Shown here one piece after another: positions 40,085-50,121 of a DNA stretch of 64,000 bases. The notes beneath the pieces were generated by a model. The model was not told the origin of the DNA. It was given only the letters and a program-made list of their open reading frames with translations, and did no database searches. This DNA comes from an uncultured Acidobacteriota bacterium (GTDB lineage: Bacteria; Acidobacteriota; Polarisedimenticolia; J045): the NCBI GenBank assembly GCA_963702425.1, contig CAVPCQ010000020.1, positions 82,264 to 146,263 on the forward strand. Direction: 5' to 3'. The position numbers and the translations under genes were made by a program. Position 1 is the stretch's first letter. Every line of letters begins with the position of its first letter.

Positions 40085-40148
40085 CGCGGAGGAGCATACC
40101 CCGCAAGCGAGGCGTTTTCTGGCAGACTCGACCGGAAGGAGTGCGGCG

Positions 40149-41762
40149 ATGGACGTGCTCGACGGCGAACGGATGCGGCGGGCGGACCGGATCGCGATCC
40201 AGCAGATGAAGATCCCCGGGCTGGTCCTGATGGAACATGCCGGGCGCGCGGTCTCGGAGTCGATCGCCGAGGAAGTGCCGCGGCTCGCGGCGCGACGCGT
40301 CTTCGTCGTGGCCGGGCCGGGACAGAACGGCGGCGACGGCTTCGTCGTGGCCCGCCACCTCGCGCTCCAGGGGGTCGCCGTCGTCGTGCTGCTCGTCGGG
40401 GCCGCGCGGGCGAAGCTCAGCGGGGACGCCGGAACGATGGCGGCGGCCTGGTCCGGGATCGGCGGCGAGACGATCGAAATCTCCGACTCGAAGCGCTGGA
40501 ACGCAGCGGCCGACTTCCTCTCCGGTGACGTGATCGTCGACGCGCTGTTCGGCACCGGCCTCGACCGGCCGCTCGCCGGTCTCCCCGCGGCGGCGGTCGA
40601 GTCGATCAACCGTGCGGCGGACGCGGGGGCGGTGGTCGTCGCGGTCGACCTCCCGTCCGGCCTGTTCGCCTCCTCGAGCGAGGTCCCCGGGCCAGCCGTC
40701 CAGGCCGACCTGACCGTCACCTTCGCCCGCCCGAAGCTCGCGCACCTGCTGCCGCCGGCCGAGCACCTCTGCGGAACCGTCACCGTCGCCGACATCGGGA
40801 TCCCCGACGCCGCGATCTACGCCACCGAGCCGGACCTGCACTGGGTGCTGCTCGACGAGGCGGCACTGATGCTTCCCGAGCGCGGGCCCGAAGATCACAA
40901 GGGACACTTCGGCCACGTGCTGGTCGTCGCCGGAAGCACTGGCAAGGCGGGGGCGGCGGCGCTGACCGGCTGGGGCGCGCTGCGGGCGGGGGCCGGGCTC
41001 GTGACCGTCGCCGTCCCGGCGCCGGTGCGCGGCGAGGTCGCGCTCTTCGCGCCCGAGCTGATGACCGAGGCGCTGCCGGCCTCGCGCGAGGGGGTGCTGG
41101 CGCGCGGCGCCGCGGCGCGAGCGCGGGCCCTGGCGAAGGAGTGCTCGGTGCTGGCCATCGGCCCGGGCCTGGGCGCCGGGGCGGCGGCGGAGGTGCGCGC
41201 GCTCGTGAAGGACGCGCCGGTCCCGATCGTGCTCGACGCCGACGGGATCAACGCCTTCGCCGGGCGGCTCGCCGGGCTGGCCCGGCGCAGGGCCCCGCTG
41301 GTCGTCACGCCCCACCCCGGCGAGGCGGCGCGCCTGCTGGGGGCGAGCGTGGCCGAGGTGCAGGCCGACCGGGTCGCGGCGGCGCGCGCGATCGCGCGCG
41401 GCGCGAACGCGGTCGCAGTGCTCAAGGGCTACCGCACGATCGTCGCCGATCCCTCCGGAACGGCGTTCATCAATCCCTCCGGCAACCCGGGGATGGCCAC
41501 CGCAGGGATGGGCGACGCGCTGACCGGGATCATCGCCGGGCTGCTGGCCCAGGAGCTCGAACCGCTCGACGCGGCGGTGCTGGGGGTCTTCGTGCACGGC
41601 CTCGCCGCCGACATCGCGGTCGACGACGGCGCCGAGACCGAGGCGACGCTGACCGCCGGCGCGGTGCTCGAGGCGCTCTCGGAGGCCTTCGAGCGGCTCG
41701 CCGACGCGGCCGCCGAGGGGGACGACCCGGACGACGCAGACGAAGCCGGACACCGCCACTGA
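40149..41762 (+). CDS. nnr: Bifunctional NAD(P)HX epimerase/dehydratase
   Basis: LMEHAG, GPGQNGGDG, DALFGTG, HKGHFG, GPGLG, LDADG, TPHPGE, GMGDALTG. Confidence 0.95.
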   Translation: MDVLDGERMRRADRIAIQQMKIPGLVLMEHAGRAVSESIAEEVPRLAARRVFVVAGPGQNGGDGFVVARHLALQGVAVVVLLVGAARAKLSGDAGTMAAAWSGIGGETIEISDSKRWNAAADFLSGDVIVDALFGTGLDRPLAGLPAAAVESINRAADAGAVVVAVDLPSGLFASSSEVPGPAVQADLTVTFARPKLAHLLPPAEHLCGTVTVADIGIPDAAIYATEPDLHWVLLDEAALMLPERGPEDHKGHFGHVLVVAGSTGKAGAAALTGWGALRAGAGLVTVAVPAPVRGEVALFAPELMTEALPASREGVLARGAAARARALAKECSVLAIGPGLGAGAAAEVRALVKDAPVPIVLDADGINAFAGRLAGLARRRAPLVVTPHPGEAARLLGASVAEVQADRVAAARAIARGANAVAVLKGYRTIVADPSGTAFINPSGNPGMATAGMGDALTGIIAGLLAQELEPLDAAVLGVFVHGLAADIAVDDGAETEATLTAGAVLEALSEAFERLADAAAEGDDPDDADEAGHRH

Positions 41763-41767
41763 CCGCG

Positions 41768-42211
41768 ATGGGAGCGCCGGTTTCCAGGCTCTGCCGCGGC
41801 GAGAGCGCGACGCGGGCCGCGGGCCGGGCGCTGGGCGACGCGCTCGCGCCGGGTGCGCTCGTCGAGCTGGAGGGCGACCTCGGCGCCGGGAAGACGGTCT
41901 TCGTGCGCGGCCTCGCCGAGGGGCTCGGGCACGATCCGGAGTGCGTGGCGTCCCCCACCTTCGTGCTCGCGGTCGAGCACCCCGGGGGACGGATCCCGCT
42001 GTTGCACGTCGATCTCTACCGGCTCGCGCCGGGAGCCGGCGTGGACGAGCTCGGGATCGACGAGGCGCTCGGCCTGGGCTGGGTGGTCGCGGTGGAGTGG
42101 GGGGAGCGGCTGCCGCCGCTGCTGCGCCGCGAGGCCTGGCGCGTGATCCTCGGCCCGGCCGCCGGGCTCGGGGACGACGTGCGCGCGGTGACGATCCTGG
42201 CCCCCGCCTGA
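41768..42211 (+). CDS. tsaE: tRNA threonylcarbamoyladenosine biosynthesis ATPase TsaE
   Basis: LEGDLGAGKT, VASPTF, HVDLYRL, VEW; follows nnr. Confidence 0.93.
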   Translation: MGAPVSRLCRGESATRAAGRALGDALAPGALVELEGDLGAGKTVFVRGLAEGLGHDPECVASPTFVLAVEHPGGRIPLLHVDLYRLAPGAGVDELGIDEALGLGWVVAVEWGERLPPLLRREAWRVILGPAAGLGDDVRAVTILAPA

Positions 42212-42244
42212 AGGTCCGTGGCAGACTCGCCGGAGGAGGACGCC

Positions 42245-43405
42245 GTGACCCTTCGATTCGCCGCCCTGTGCGGCGCGCTCCTGCTCGTTTCGTGCGCCGG
42301 CCCGGCCCGCGCCCAGACGGCGTGCGAGCCGGGGCGAGGCCCGTCCATCCGCGCCGAGGAACTCCGCGAGATGATCTCGGGCGGCGGCCCGGTCTCCGTC
42401 CCGCCGGGCGCGGTGATCGTCGGGGCGATCGACCGTTCGGTGCTGTGCCCGGGGGTGCCGGACGAGGCGACCCCGTGCATCGTGCCCGCACCGCTCAAGC
42501 TCGCCTGCGCGCAGATCACGGCGCCGCTCTCCCTGCACAACATCGTCGTGGACGGCGAGCTCGACCTCGGCGGCGCCGACCTCGCGGTCGGCCTGTCGCT
42601 CGAGGCGACCGAGATTCTCGGCGATCTCGTGCTGACCGGCGCCCGAGCGGGCGGCGACGTGCTGCTCGACCGCGTCCTGGTGGGCGGCGCGGCGCTCGTC
42701 GACCGCGCGACGATCGAGGGCCGGTTCGCAGCGACCGGACTGCGCTGCCTGGGCGGCCTGACGCTCGCGGGAACCCCGGTGTCGCGCGGCGTCGAGATCC
42801 GCAACGCGGCGATCGGGGGGGACGTCGCACTCGGCCTCGGCGGGGGAACCGGACTGACCTTCGTGAAGAGCGTCGTGCTCGGCGCGGCCAGCCTGCGCGG
42901 CCTGAAGGTCTCGGGTGCGCTCGTGCTCGAGGACATCGCGCTCGCCGGGGCCCTGGACGGCGAGGGCCTAGAGATCGGGAGCGACGCCCGGGCGACCCGC
43001 GTGACGGCGCCGGACGGCGTCGTGTTGGGCGGGAAGTTCCGCCGCGATCTGACCTTCGACACGCTGACCGGCGACGGCACGCTCGCGATCGCGAACTCGG
43101 TGGTCGACGGCAACCTGGTCCTGCTGCGCACGACGCTCGGAAGCGATGTCGCCGTCACCGAGGTCCAGGTCGGCAAGACGCTGCGGATCGAGGGAAGCGA
43201 CATCGCCCAGGGAGTCGATCTCTCCGGTACGACGGTCGCCGGCGAGCTCGTGCTGATCAGCTCGCGCTTCGGTGCGCTGGTCGACGTCGGCAATGCGCGG
43301 CTGACCGCACGGCCCCGCGTCGTGGCCTGCACCCCCGCCAATCCGCTGGGCGAGGACGACGAGGCGGCGCCGAACGACGAGGAACCGGAAGATCCCGGCG
43401 ACTGA
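42245..43405 (+). CDS. Exported beta-solenoid repeat protein (11-residue, pentapeptide-like repeats), possible lipoprotein
   Basis: RBS GGAGGAGG; signal/lipobox LLVSC; repeats GDLVLTGARAG/GDVLLDRVLVG/GAALVDRATIE; acidic tail. Confidence 0.7.
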   Translation: MTLRFAALCGALLLVSCAGPARAQTACEPGRGPSIRAEELREMISGGGPVSVPPGAVIVGAIDRSVLCPGVPDEATPCIVPAPLKLACAQITAPLSLHNIVVDGELDLGGADLAVGLSLEATEILGDLVLTGARAGGDVLLDRVLVGGAALVDRATIEGRFAATGLRCLGGLTLAGTPVSRGVEIRNAAIGGDVALGLGGGTGLTFVKSVVLGAASLRGLKVSGALVLEDIALAGALDGEGLEIGSDARATRVTAPDGVVLGGKFRRDLTFDTLTGDGTLAIANSVVDGNLVLLRTTLGSDVAVTEVQVGKTLRIEGSDIAQGVDLSGTTVAGELVLISSRFGALVDVGNARLTARPRVVACTPANPLGEDDEAAPNDEEPEDPGD

Positions 43406-43416
43406 ACGCCGGGCGG

Positions 43417-44346
43417 CTAAAGCCCCAGCTCGTGCAGGATCGGGTCGCGGTCGCGCCAGTTCTCGCGCACCTTGACCCAGAGCTTGAGGTAGACCCGCGT
43501 GCCGAGGCGCGCCTCGAGTTCTTTGCGCGCCTCGGTCCCGACCTCCTTGAGCATCGCCCCGCCCTTGCCGATCACGATCGCCTTCTGCGTCGGGCGCTCG
43601 ACCAGGATCGACGCGTCGATGTGCAGCAGGTCGCCGGGGCGCGGCTCCAGCTGATCGAGTACGACCGCGATCGCGTGCGGCACCTCCTGCCGCAAACGCG
43701 CCAGGAGCTTCTCGCGGACGATCTCCGTGATCATCCGCCGGTCCCCCTGGTCGGTGACGTAGTCCAGCGGGTAGAGCGGCGGCCCCTCCGGCAACCGCGA
43801 CAGAACGACCTCGCACAGGCGCGCGACGTTGTCGCCCGAAAGCGCAGAGACCGGGACCACGTCGTCGAAACCCCAGTCGTTCGTGGCCTGCTCGATCAGG
43901 GGCAGCAGCTTCCCCTTGTTCATCTGGTCGACCTTGTTCGGCACCAGGATCACCGGGCGCGAGCCGCGCCCCTGCTGGATCTCACCGCGCACGTGCTCGT
44001 CGCCCGGCCCGAAGCCGAGCGAGGCGTCGAAGACGAAAACCAGCACGTCGGCCTCCCCCGCGACCTGCCGCGCCGTCTCGTTGAGCCGCTCGCCGAGGTT
44101 GTGCTGGGGGCGGTGCAGTCCGGGGCTGTCGAGGAACGCGACCTGGCCGCGGCCGGGCAGGTTGGCCACGCCGAGGATCCGGTTGCGCGTCGTCTGCGGC
44201 ACGGGTGAGACGATCGCCACCTTCGCGCCGACGAGCCGGTTGAGCAGGGTGCTCTTACCGACGTTCGCCCGCCCGACGAGGGCAGCAAAGCCGGAACGGA
44301 ATCCGGGCGGGACGATCGCGACCGGGAACTCGCTGCCTTCGCTCAC
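43417..44346 (-). CDS. era: GTPase Era
   Basis: GRANVGKSTL, QTTR, DSPG, NKVD, KH domain VIGKGG, LWVKV...WR. Confidence 0.96.
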   Translation of the reverse strand: MSEGSEFPVAIVPPGFRSGFAALVGRANVGKSTLLNRLVGAKVAIVSPVPQTTRNRILGVANLPGRGQVAFLDSPGLHRPQHNLGERLNETARQVAGEADVLVFVFDASLGFGPGDEHVRGEIQQGRGSRPVILVPNKVDQMNKGKLLPLIEQATNDWGFDDVVPVSALSGDNVARLCEVVLSRLPEGPPLYPLDYVTDQGDRRMITEIVREKLLARLRQEVPHAIAVVLDQLEPRPGDLLHIDASILVERPTQKAIVIGKGGAMLKEVGTEARKELEARLGTRVYLKLWVKVRENWRDRDPILHELGL

Positions 44347-45608
44347 GAACCGCCTCCGCCGGATGGCCGGGGCTCGGGCGCGCGGGACATCCGCACCGTC
44401 GCGATCCGCCGCCCGATCATCCGCACGACCTCCAGGTCGATTCCCGGGGCGATGCCGATCTGCTCGCCGACCCGGGGGATCCGCCCCAGTTTCGAGAACA
44501 CGAGCCCGCCCACGGTGTCGACCCCGTCCGCGGGGATCTCGACCCCCAGCGCCTCGGCCAGGTCGTCGACCGGCAGGAGGCCGTCGGCGATGAAGCCGCC
44601 CCGGCCGTCCGGACGGAAGGCCTCGGCCTCATGCTCGTCGCGGATCTCGCCGACGATTTCCTCGAGCAGGTCTTCCAGCGTGACCAGCCCGGAGGTCCCG
44701 CCGTACTCGTCGACGATCACCGCCATCTGCTGCCGTTCCAGCTGCAGCTCGCGCATCAGTTCGAGCACCTTCTTCGTCGACGGCACCAGCGGCACGGGGC
44801 GCATCAGGTCGCGCACGGTGAGCGGCTCGTCCCCGGCCAGCAGGTGCGGTAACAGGTCGCGTACCGCGACGACGCCGACGATCCGGTCGAGGCTGTCGTC
44901 GTAGACCAGCAGCCGGGAGTGCCGCGACTCATCGAAGGCCCGGGCCAGCTCGGCCAGCTCCTCGTCGGCCTCGACCGCGGCGATCTCGGTCCGCGGGGTC
45001 ATGATCTCGCGCACGGTCAGATCGCCGGTGTCCGCGATCTCGCGCAGGATCTCCGACTGCTCGCGCTCGAACAGACCCTCTTCCTCGGCGTCGCGGATGT
45101 ACTCCTCGAGCTGCTCCTCGCGCCCCTCGTCGTCGCCGAGGGCGCGCTGCCGGGACTCGCTGGCCAGTTCCTCGCGCTTCCGGACCAGCGGGGCCACGAG
45201 CCAGCCGAAGAGGGCGTCGATCGCGCGCAGCAGCGGGGCCGCGGCGGTCAGGAACCGCTCCGGGGCGCGCGGCGCGACGAGCGCCTCGGCCACGCGTCCG
45301 AACAGCACGGCGAGCAGCCCCGACGCCGTTGCCGCCGCGAACCCGGCACCGGGCAGCGGCGCAAACGCGGCGACGAGCGTCAACCCGACGAGGGAGACCT
45401 GGCGCACCAGGGCCGCCGCCGACCAGATCCGCGAGCCGGGATCGAGCGGCTCGGCCAGGCCCGACTCGTCGGCCACCCGCTCCGACGCCAGGCGGCCGAC
45501 CGCGAGCCGTGCGCCGACGGCGAGCGACAGCGCCGAGTAGAGCGCAAGCAGCGCGAGCCCGGCGGCGAGCCAGGCGACGATGACGGGTGGCGCGACGGCG
45601 GGGTCCAT
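44343..45608 (-). CDS. HlyC/CorC family CBS-domain membrane protein
   Basis: TM region, VREIMTPR, HSRL, IVDEYGGTSGLVTLEDLLEEIVGEI, CorC_HlyC C-terminus. Confidence 0.9.
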   Translation of the reverse strand: MDPAVAPPVIVAWLAAGLALLALYSALSLAVGARLAVGRLASERVADESGLAEPLDPGSRIWSAAALVRQVSLVGLTLVAAFAPLPGAGFAAATASGLLAVLFGRVAEALVAPRAPERFLTAAAPLLRAIDALFGWLVAPLVRKREELASESRQRALGDDEGREEQLEEYIRDAEEEGLFEREQSEILREIADTGDLTVREIMTPRTEIAAVEADEELAELARAFDESRHSRLLVYDDSLDRIVGVVAVRDLLPHLLAGDEPLTVRDLMRPVPLVPSTKKVLELMRELQLERQQMAVIVDEYGGTSGLVTLEDLLEEIVGEIRDEHEAEAFRPDGRGGFIADGLLPVDDLAEALGVEIPADGVDTVGGLVFSKLGRIPRVGEQIGIAPGIDLEVVRMIGRRIATVRMSRAPEPRPSGGGGS

Positions 45609-45613
45609 CGGGT

Positions 45614-46042
45614 TCAGGCCCGCGGCGGCAGGCACGCGCGCCGCAGCCGGCGCTCGAGCGCCTCCATCTCGCCGTCGTCGGCCTCGTGGTCGTGGCCCAG
45701 GAGGTGCAGCAGGCCGTGCAGCGCCAGCAGCATGGCCTCCCGCTCCGGCGCATGACGCCGGCGCGCAGCCTGGCGCGAGGCGACTGGCAGGCAGAGCGCG
45801 ATGTCCCCGACGTGCCGCCGGCCGGCCGGATCGACCACCCCCGACGGGAACGACAGGACGTCGGTCGGGCGGTCCTTGCCGCGCCACTCGCGGTTCAGCC
45901 CGCGGATCTCCTCCTCGTTCACGAAGCGCACGACGACGTCGCCGGCGCCGACGCGCAACCGCGACGCCGCCGTCGCCAGGACGCTCGCGAGTCCGCGCCG
46001 CAGCGCGGCGTCGCCCGCGGCACCAGCGAAGACGACCCTCAC
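45614..46042 (-). CDS. ybeY: rRNA maturation RNase YbeY
   Basis: LNREWRGKDRPTDVLSF, GDI, HGLLHLLGHDH. Confidence 0.93.
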   Translation of the reverse strand: MRVVFAGAAGDAALRRGLASVLATAASRLRVGAGDVVVRFVNEEEIRGLNREWRGKDRPTDVLSFPSGVVDPAGRRHVGDIALCLPVASRQAARRRHAPEREAMLLALHGLLHLLGHDHEADDGEMEALERRLRRACLPPRA

Positions 46043-47052
46043 CGGCCCCCTCCGTTGCGGCGGTCGTTCCCGGCGTCTTCGTTGCGCTCGCCGAACAGCT
46101 CGTAGGCGTGCACGATCCGCTGCACGAGCGCGTGCCGGACGACGTCGCGCTTGTCGAAGTCGATGAACACGACCCCTTCGATCCCGGCGACGACGTCGCG
46201 CGCGTTCACCAGGCCCGAAAGCCGGCCCGGACCGAGATCGATCTGCGTGACGTCGCCGGTGACGACCACCTTCGAGCCCTCCCCGATCCGGGTCAGGAAC
46301 ATCTTCATCTGCTCGGGGGTCGTGTTCTGGGCCTCGTCGAGGATGATGAAGCTGTCGTTGAGGGTGCGTCCGCGCATGAACGCGAGCGGCGCGATCTCGA
46401 CCACCCCCTGCTCGATCATCTTGCGCACCTTCTCGGCGTCGAGGATGTCGAACAGCGCGTCGTACAGCGGGCGCAGGTAGGGGTCGACCTTCTGGGCCAG
46501 GTCGCCGGGCAGGAACCCGAGCCGTTCGCCGGCCTCGACCGCGGGCCGGACCAGCACGAGCCGCCGCACCTGCCGCAGCGCCAGCGCCTCCGCGGCCATC
46601 GCGACGGCGAGGTAGGTCTTGCCGGTCCCGGCCGGACCGACGGCGAAGACCAGTTCGTGCTGCCGGATCGCGTCGAGATACTCCGACTGCCGCGCGGTCC
46701 GCGGCGTGACCAGCCGCCGCCCCGGGCCGCGCACACCGCCGCGCAGGAAGTGCTCGACGAGCGGCGTTTCCGGGGCCTCGCGCGTGAGGCGCGCCGCCGC
46801 CGCGACGTCGCTCGCGCTCATCGCGTGGCCGGACTCGACGAGGCGGGAGAGCTGCTCGAGAAAGCGCGCGCAGGCCGCGGCCGGAACGGCGTCCCCGGCG
46901 ACCAGCACCTCGCCGTCGCGGGCCACCAGGCGGACGCCGAAGGTCCGCTCGATCAGGCGCAGGTTGGCGTCGTACTGGCCGAGGATCGCGCGGAAAGCGT
47001 CCGGCCCGAAGGCGACGCGCAGGCCAGGCGGCTCGGAGCGCGGTTCGCTCAC
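46039..47052 (-). CDS. PhoH family ATPase (YbeZ-like)
   Basis: GPAGTGKTYLA, RPAVEAGE.LGFLPG, PLAFMRGRT, DEAQN, GDVTQIDL. Confidence 0.93.
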   Translation of the reverse strand: MSEPRSEPPGLRVAFGPDAFRAILGQYDANLRLIERTFGVRLVARDGEVLVAGDAVPAAACARFLEQLSRLVESGHAMSASDVAAAARLTREAPETPLVEHFLRGGVRGPGRRLVTPRTARQSEYLDAIRQHELVFAVGPAGTGKTYLAVAMAAEALALRQVRRLVLVRPAVEAGERLGFLPGDLAQKVDPYLRPLYDALFDILDAEKVRKMIEQGVVEIAPLAFMRGRTLNDSFIILDEAQNTTPEQMKMFLTRIGEGSKVVVTGDVTQIDLGPGRLSGLVNARDVVAGIEGVVFIDFDKRDVVRHALVQRIVHAYELFGERNEDAGNDRRNGGGR

Positions 47053-47190
47053 GGGCCGGCCCGCAGCGCCGCCGCAATCACTGGAAGGGCGCTCAAAAGG
47101 TGATCGGGTCCTTTCTTTTTCAACAACTTCCGGTGGCGCGACGGCCCCCCGGGACGGTCGAAGGTAGCACCCGGGGGCTGGTCCGTCTAG

Positions 47191-48285
47191 CTACTGGTTG
47201 ACGACCCGGCCGGAGCGCACGGAGGCCATCAGCCCGAAGGCCACGAACGTCGCCAGCAGGGACGACCCCCCGTACGACAGGACCGGCAGCGGAACGCCGA
47301 TCGTCGGCAGCATCCCCGTGACCATGCCGGTGTTGATGAACAGCTGCCCGGACCAGATCGCGGCGATCCCGGTCGCAAGGTAGGTCCCCAACTGGTCGCG
47401 GGCCTGCTTGGCGGTGTCGAGGGCGCGCAGGATCAGGACCAGGAACAGCGTCAGCACGACCGAGACCCCGACGAAGCCGGTCTCCTCCGCCACCACGCCG
47501 AGCACGAAGTCGGTCTCGCGCGCGGGGAGGAAATCGAGCCGCGACTGGCTCCCCTCGAACACGCCGGTCCCGACGACGCGGCCCGAACCGACCGCGATCT
47601 TCGACTGGATGACCTGGTAGCCGGTGCCCGCCGGATCGCGCTCGGGCTGAAAGACGTTGAGGATCCTTTCCTTCTGGTAGGGCTTGAGGACTTGCAGCCA
47701 GATCACGGGGGCCGCCAGCAGGGCGGCCGCGAACATCACCGCCAGGAGGCGGGTGCGCATCCCGGCGATCCAGGCCAGGACCAGGAAGAGCGGAAAGAAG
47801 GTCAGCGCGGTCCCCATGTCCGGCTGCAGGACGATCAGCGCCATCGGGGCGGCGACGATCCCGCCCAGCTTCAGCAGCTGGCGCAGGCTGAGGGTTCCGC
47901 CCGCCTCGGCCAGGAAGGCGGCGACCGCGAGCGCCGTGATCGCCTTCATGGGCTCGCTCGGCTGGAAGCGCAGCGGGCCGAGCTCGAACCAGGACCGGGT
48001 CCCCGCGATCGGCCGCGCGAAGACGAGCAGCAGGACCAGCGTCCCGAGGCCGGCGAGGTAGAGCGGGACCCAGAAGTCGGCCCAGGTGTGGTAGTCGAGC
48101 TGCTGGACCAGCAGGTAGATCGCGATCCCCGCCAGCAGGAAGACGAACTGTTTCGCCGCGGGGCCGCCCCACGGCGAGGGGTTCTTTCCCTGCGTCGCGC
48201 TGGCAATGGCGACCACCCCGACGAGCGCAAGCCCGACGAGGATCGCGAGGGTCTTCAGGTCGAACCTATCGGACCGAGACGGCAT
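47191..48285 (-). CDS. rodA: Rod shape-determining protein RodA (SEDS)
   Basis: FQPSE, QPDMGT, GYQVIQSKIAVGSG, TDF...EE.GF, GVPLP.LSYGGSS. Confidence 0.95.
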   Translation of the reverse strand: MPSRSDRFDLKTLAILVGLALVGVVAIASATQGKNPSPWGGPAAKQFVFLLAGIAIYLLVQQLDYHTWADFWVPLYLAGLGTLVLLLVFARPIAGTRSWFELGPLRFQPSEPMKAITALAVAAFLAEAGGTLSLRQLLKLGGIVAAPMALIVLQPDMGTALTFFPLFLVLAWIAGMRTRLLAVMFAAALLAAPVIWLQVLKPYQKERILNVFQPERDPAGTGYQVIQSKIAVGSGRVVGTGVFEGSQSRLDFLPARETDFVLGVVAEETGFVGVSVVLTLFLVLILRALDTAKQARDQLGTYLATGIAAIWSGQLFINTGMVTGMLPTIGVPLPVLSYGGSSLLATFVAFGLMASVRSGRVVNQ

Positions 48286-50116
48286 CGTTCGTCACCCGCG
48301 CCAACTGGCCCGGCGCGGCTCCCGTGGGGGTCGGGCCCTGCGCCGCGCGGGCCAGGGCCCGCTCCACCACGAACGAGGCGATCGGCGCCGCCGCCTCGCC
48401 GCCGTGTCCGCCCGACTCGACGATGATCGCCCAGGCCAGCGTCGGGCGGTCGGCCGGGCCGAAGCCGATGAACCAGGCGTTGTCCTTCATGTCCGACCGA
48501 GCCGCCTCGCGCGAGATCGTCTGCGCGGTCCCGGTCTTGCCCGCCATCCGGATCCCCGGCACGCGGGCGCGGCGCGCGGTCCCGCGCTCGCTCTCGACGA
48601 CGTCGATCATCGCGCTCCGGATGATCTCGACCGTCCGCGGCGAGAGGCCGATCGCCTGGGGCGGTAGCGACTCCCCGGGGCGCTCACCGAGGTGCGGCGT
48701 GACGCGCAGGCCGCCGTTGGCGATCGCCGCGGCGACGACCGCCATCTGGATCGGCGTCACCTGGAGGTAGCCCTGCCCGATCGCGACCGAGATCGTCTCG
48801 CCGGCGTACCAGGGCTCGCCGCGGGCCTTCTCCTTCCAGGCCGACGAGGGCAGGAGGCCGGTCGACTGCCGCAGCGGGAGGCCGGTCTCCTGGCCGAGGC
48901 CGAATCGGCTGCCCCACTTGGCGATCTTGTCGATGCCCAGGCGGTTCCCCACCGTGTAGAAGAAGACGTTGCACGAGCGGACGATCCCCTCGTGGACGTC
49001 CATGCTGCCGTGCCCGCCCTTCTTGTGGCACTGGAAGAAACGCCCGAAGAAGTTCGCTCCACCGCCGCAGAAGATCGTCGAGTGCTCGTCGACGACCCCT
49101 TCCTCGAGCGCCGCCGCGGCCATCACGATCTTGAACGTCGACCCCGGCGAGTAGGCCGACTGGAGCGCGCGGTTCTGGAGCGGCTTCTCGACGTTCTCGA
49201 TCAGCTCCTTCCAGGTCGCCGCGGTCAGGTGCCCCGCGAAGACGTTCGGATCGAAGCCGGGGCCGGAGTAGAGCGCCCGCACCGCACCCGTCTGCGGGTC
49301 GAGGAAGACCGCCGCCCCGGGCCGGCCGGCGAACGCCTCCTCGAGGTCGCGCTGCATCGCGGCGTCGATCGTGGTCCGGATCGAGCGGCCAAAGCGCGTC
49401 GGGCGGAGCGTGGCCACGACGCCGAGCGAGCGGCCGCGGGCGTTGACCTCCTCGAGCAGGATCCCCGGCTGCCCGCGCAGGTCCTCGTCGAAGACGCGCT
49501 CCGCCCCGATGCGGCCCACGCGGTCGCCCATGTAGAGGTCGCGCCGCGATTCGATCTCCCGCTCGGTGGCCTCGGACATGTAGCCGATGATGTGCGAGGC
49601 CGCGGTCCCGAGCGGGTAATGACGCTTCCAGTCCATCGCGACGTCGAAGGCCGGCAGCTCGGGCCGGTGCGCCTCGAGACGCGCCGCCACGTCGAGGCCG
49701 ACGTCGGGGAGCAGCAGCACCGGCACGTACCGCGGCCCGTTCTTCGCCCGGTCGTAGCGCGCGAGGAGCGTCTCCTCGGGCAGCGCGAGGAAACGCGCGA
49801 ACGTCTTGATCTCCGCGCGCGGGTCGTCGGAGCGCTCGCGATCCATGTAGACCGAAAAGGACGGGCGGTTCGTGACGAGCACGCGCCCCGCCTCGTCGAG
49901 CAGGATCCCGCGCAGCGGCCGCTCGACCTTGCGGTGCAGCCGGTTCTCCTCGGCCAGTCGCCGGTAGTGGGCCCCCTTCACCAGCTGCAGGTGGGCGAAG
50001 ACGCCGAGCTGGGCGACGAAAAGGGTCGTCACCAGCGCCTTCACGACGGTCAGGCGCCGCGACAGCATCAGGCTGCGCTGGTAGTCCCGGAAGGGCTTGA
50101 GGTTGCGGAAGTCCAC
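48266..50116 (-). CDS. mrdA: Penicillin-binding protein 2
   Basis: PGSTFK (SxxK), SCN (SxN), GKTGTAQ (KTG); lies between mreD and rodA. Confidence 0.94.
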   Translation of the reverse strand: MDFRNLKPFRDYQRSLMLSRRLTVVKALVTTLFVAQLGVFAHLQLVKGAHYRRLAEENRLHRKVERPLRGILLDEAGRVLVTNRPSFSVYMDRERSDDPRAEIKTFARFLALPEETLLARYDRAKNGPRYVPVLLLPDVGLDVAARLEAHRPELPAFDVAMDWKRHYPLGTAASHIIGYMSEATEREIESRRDLYMGDRVGRIGAERVFDEDLRGQPGILLEEVNARGRSLGVVATLRPTRFGRSIRTTIDAAMQRDLEEAFAGRPGAAVFLDPQTGAVRALYSGPGFDPNVFAGHLTAATWKELIENVEKPLQNRALQSAYSPGSTFKIVMAAAALEEGVVDEHSTIFCGGGANFFGRFFQCHKKGGHGSMDVHEGIVRSCNVFFYTVGNRLGIDKIAKWGSRFGLGQETGLPLRQSTGLLPSSAWKEKARGEPWYAGETISVAIGQGYLQVTPIQMAVVAAAIANGGLRVTPHLGERPGESLPPQAIGLSPRTVEIIRSAMIDVVESERGTARRARVPGIRMAGKTGTAQTISREAARSDMKDNAWFIGFGPADRPTLAWAIIVESGGHGGEAAAPIASFVVERALARAAQGPTPTGAAPGQLARVTNDAVSVR

Positions 50117-50121
50117 TGCCG

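Noticed and set aside
39324-42491. Very long alternative-frame and antisense ORFs (e.g. 1055 aa here; 21932-24616; 30899-33145)
   Set aside because: Arg/Pro/Gly/Ala-rich shadow ORFs expected from stop-codon scarcity at high GC. They overlap well-supported genes and carry no motifs.
47095-47190. AT-rich patch (CCTTTCTTTTTT) between rodA and phoH considered as a terminator or sRNA
   Set aside because: No convincing stem precedes the T-run, and it faces the wrong strand for these genes. More likely part of the phoH promoter, but this is not supportable.
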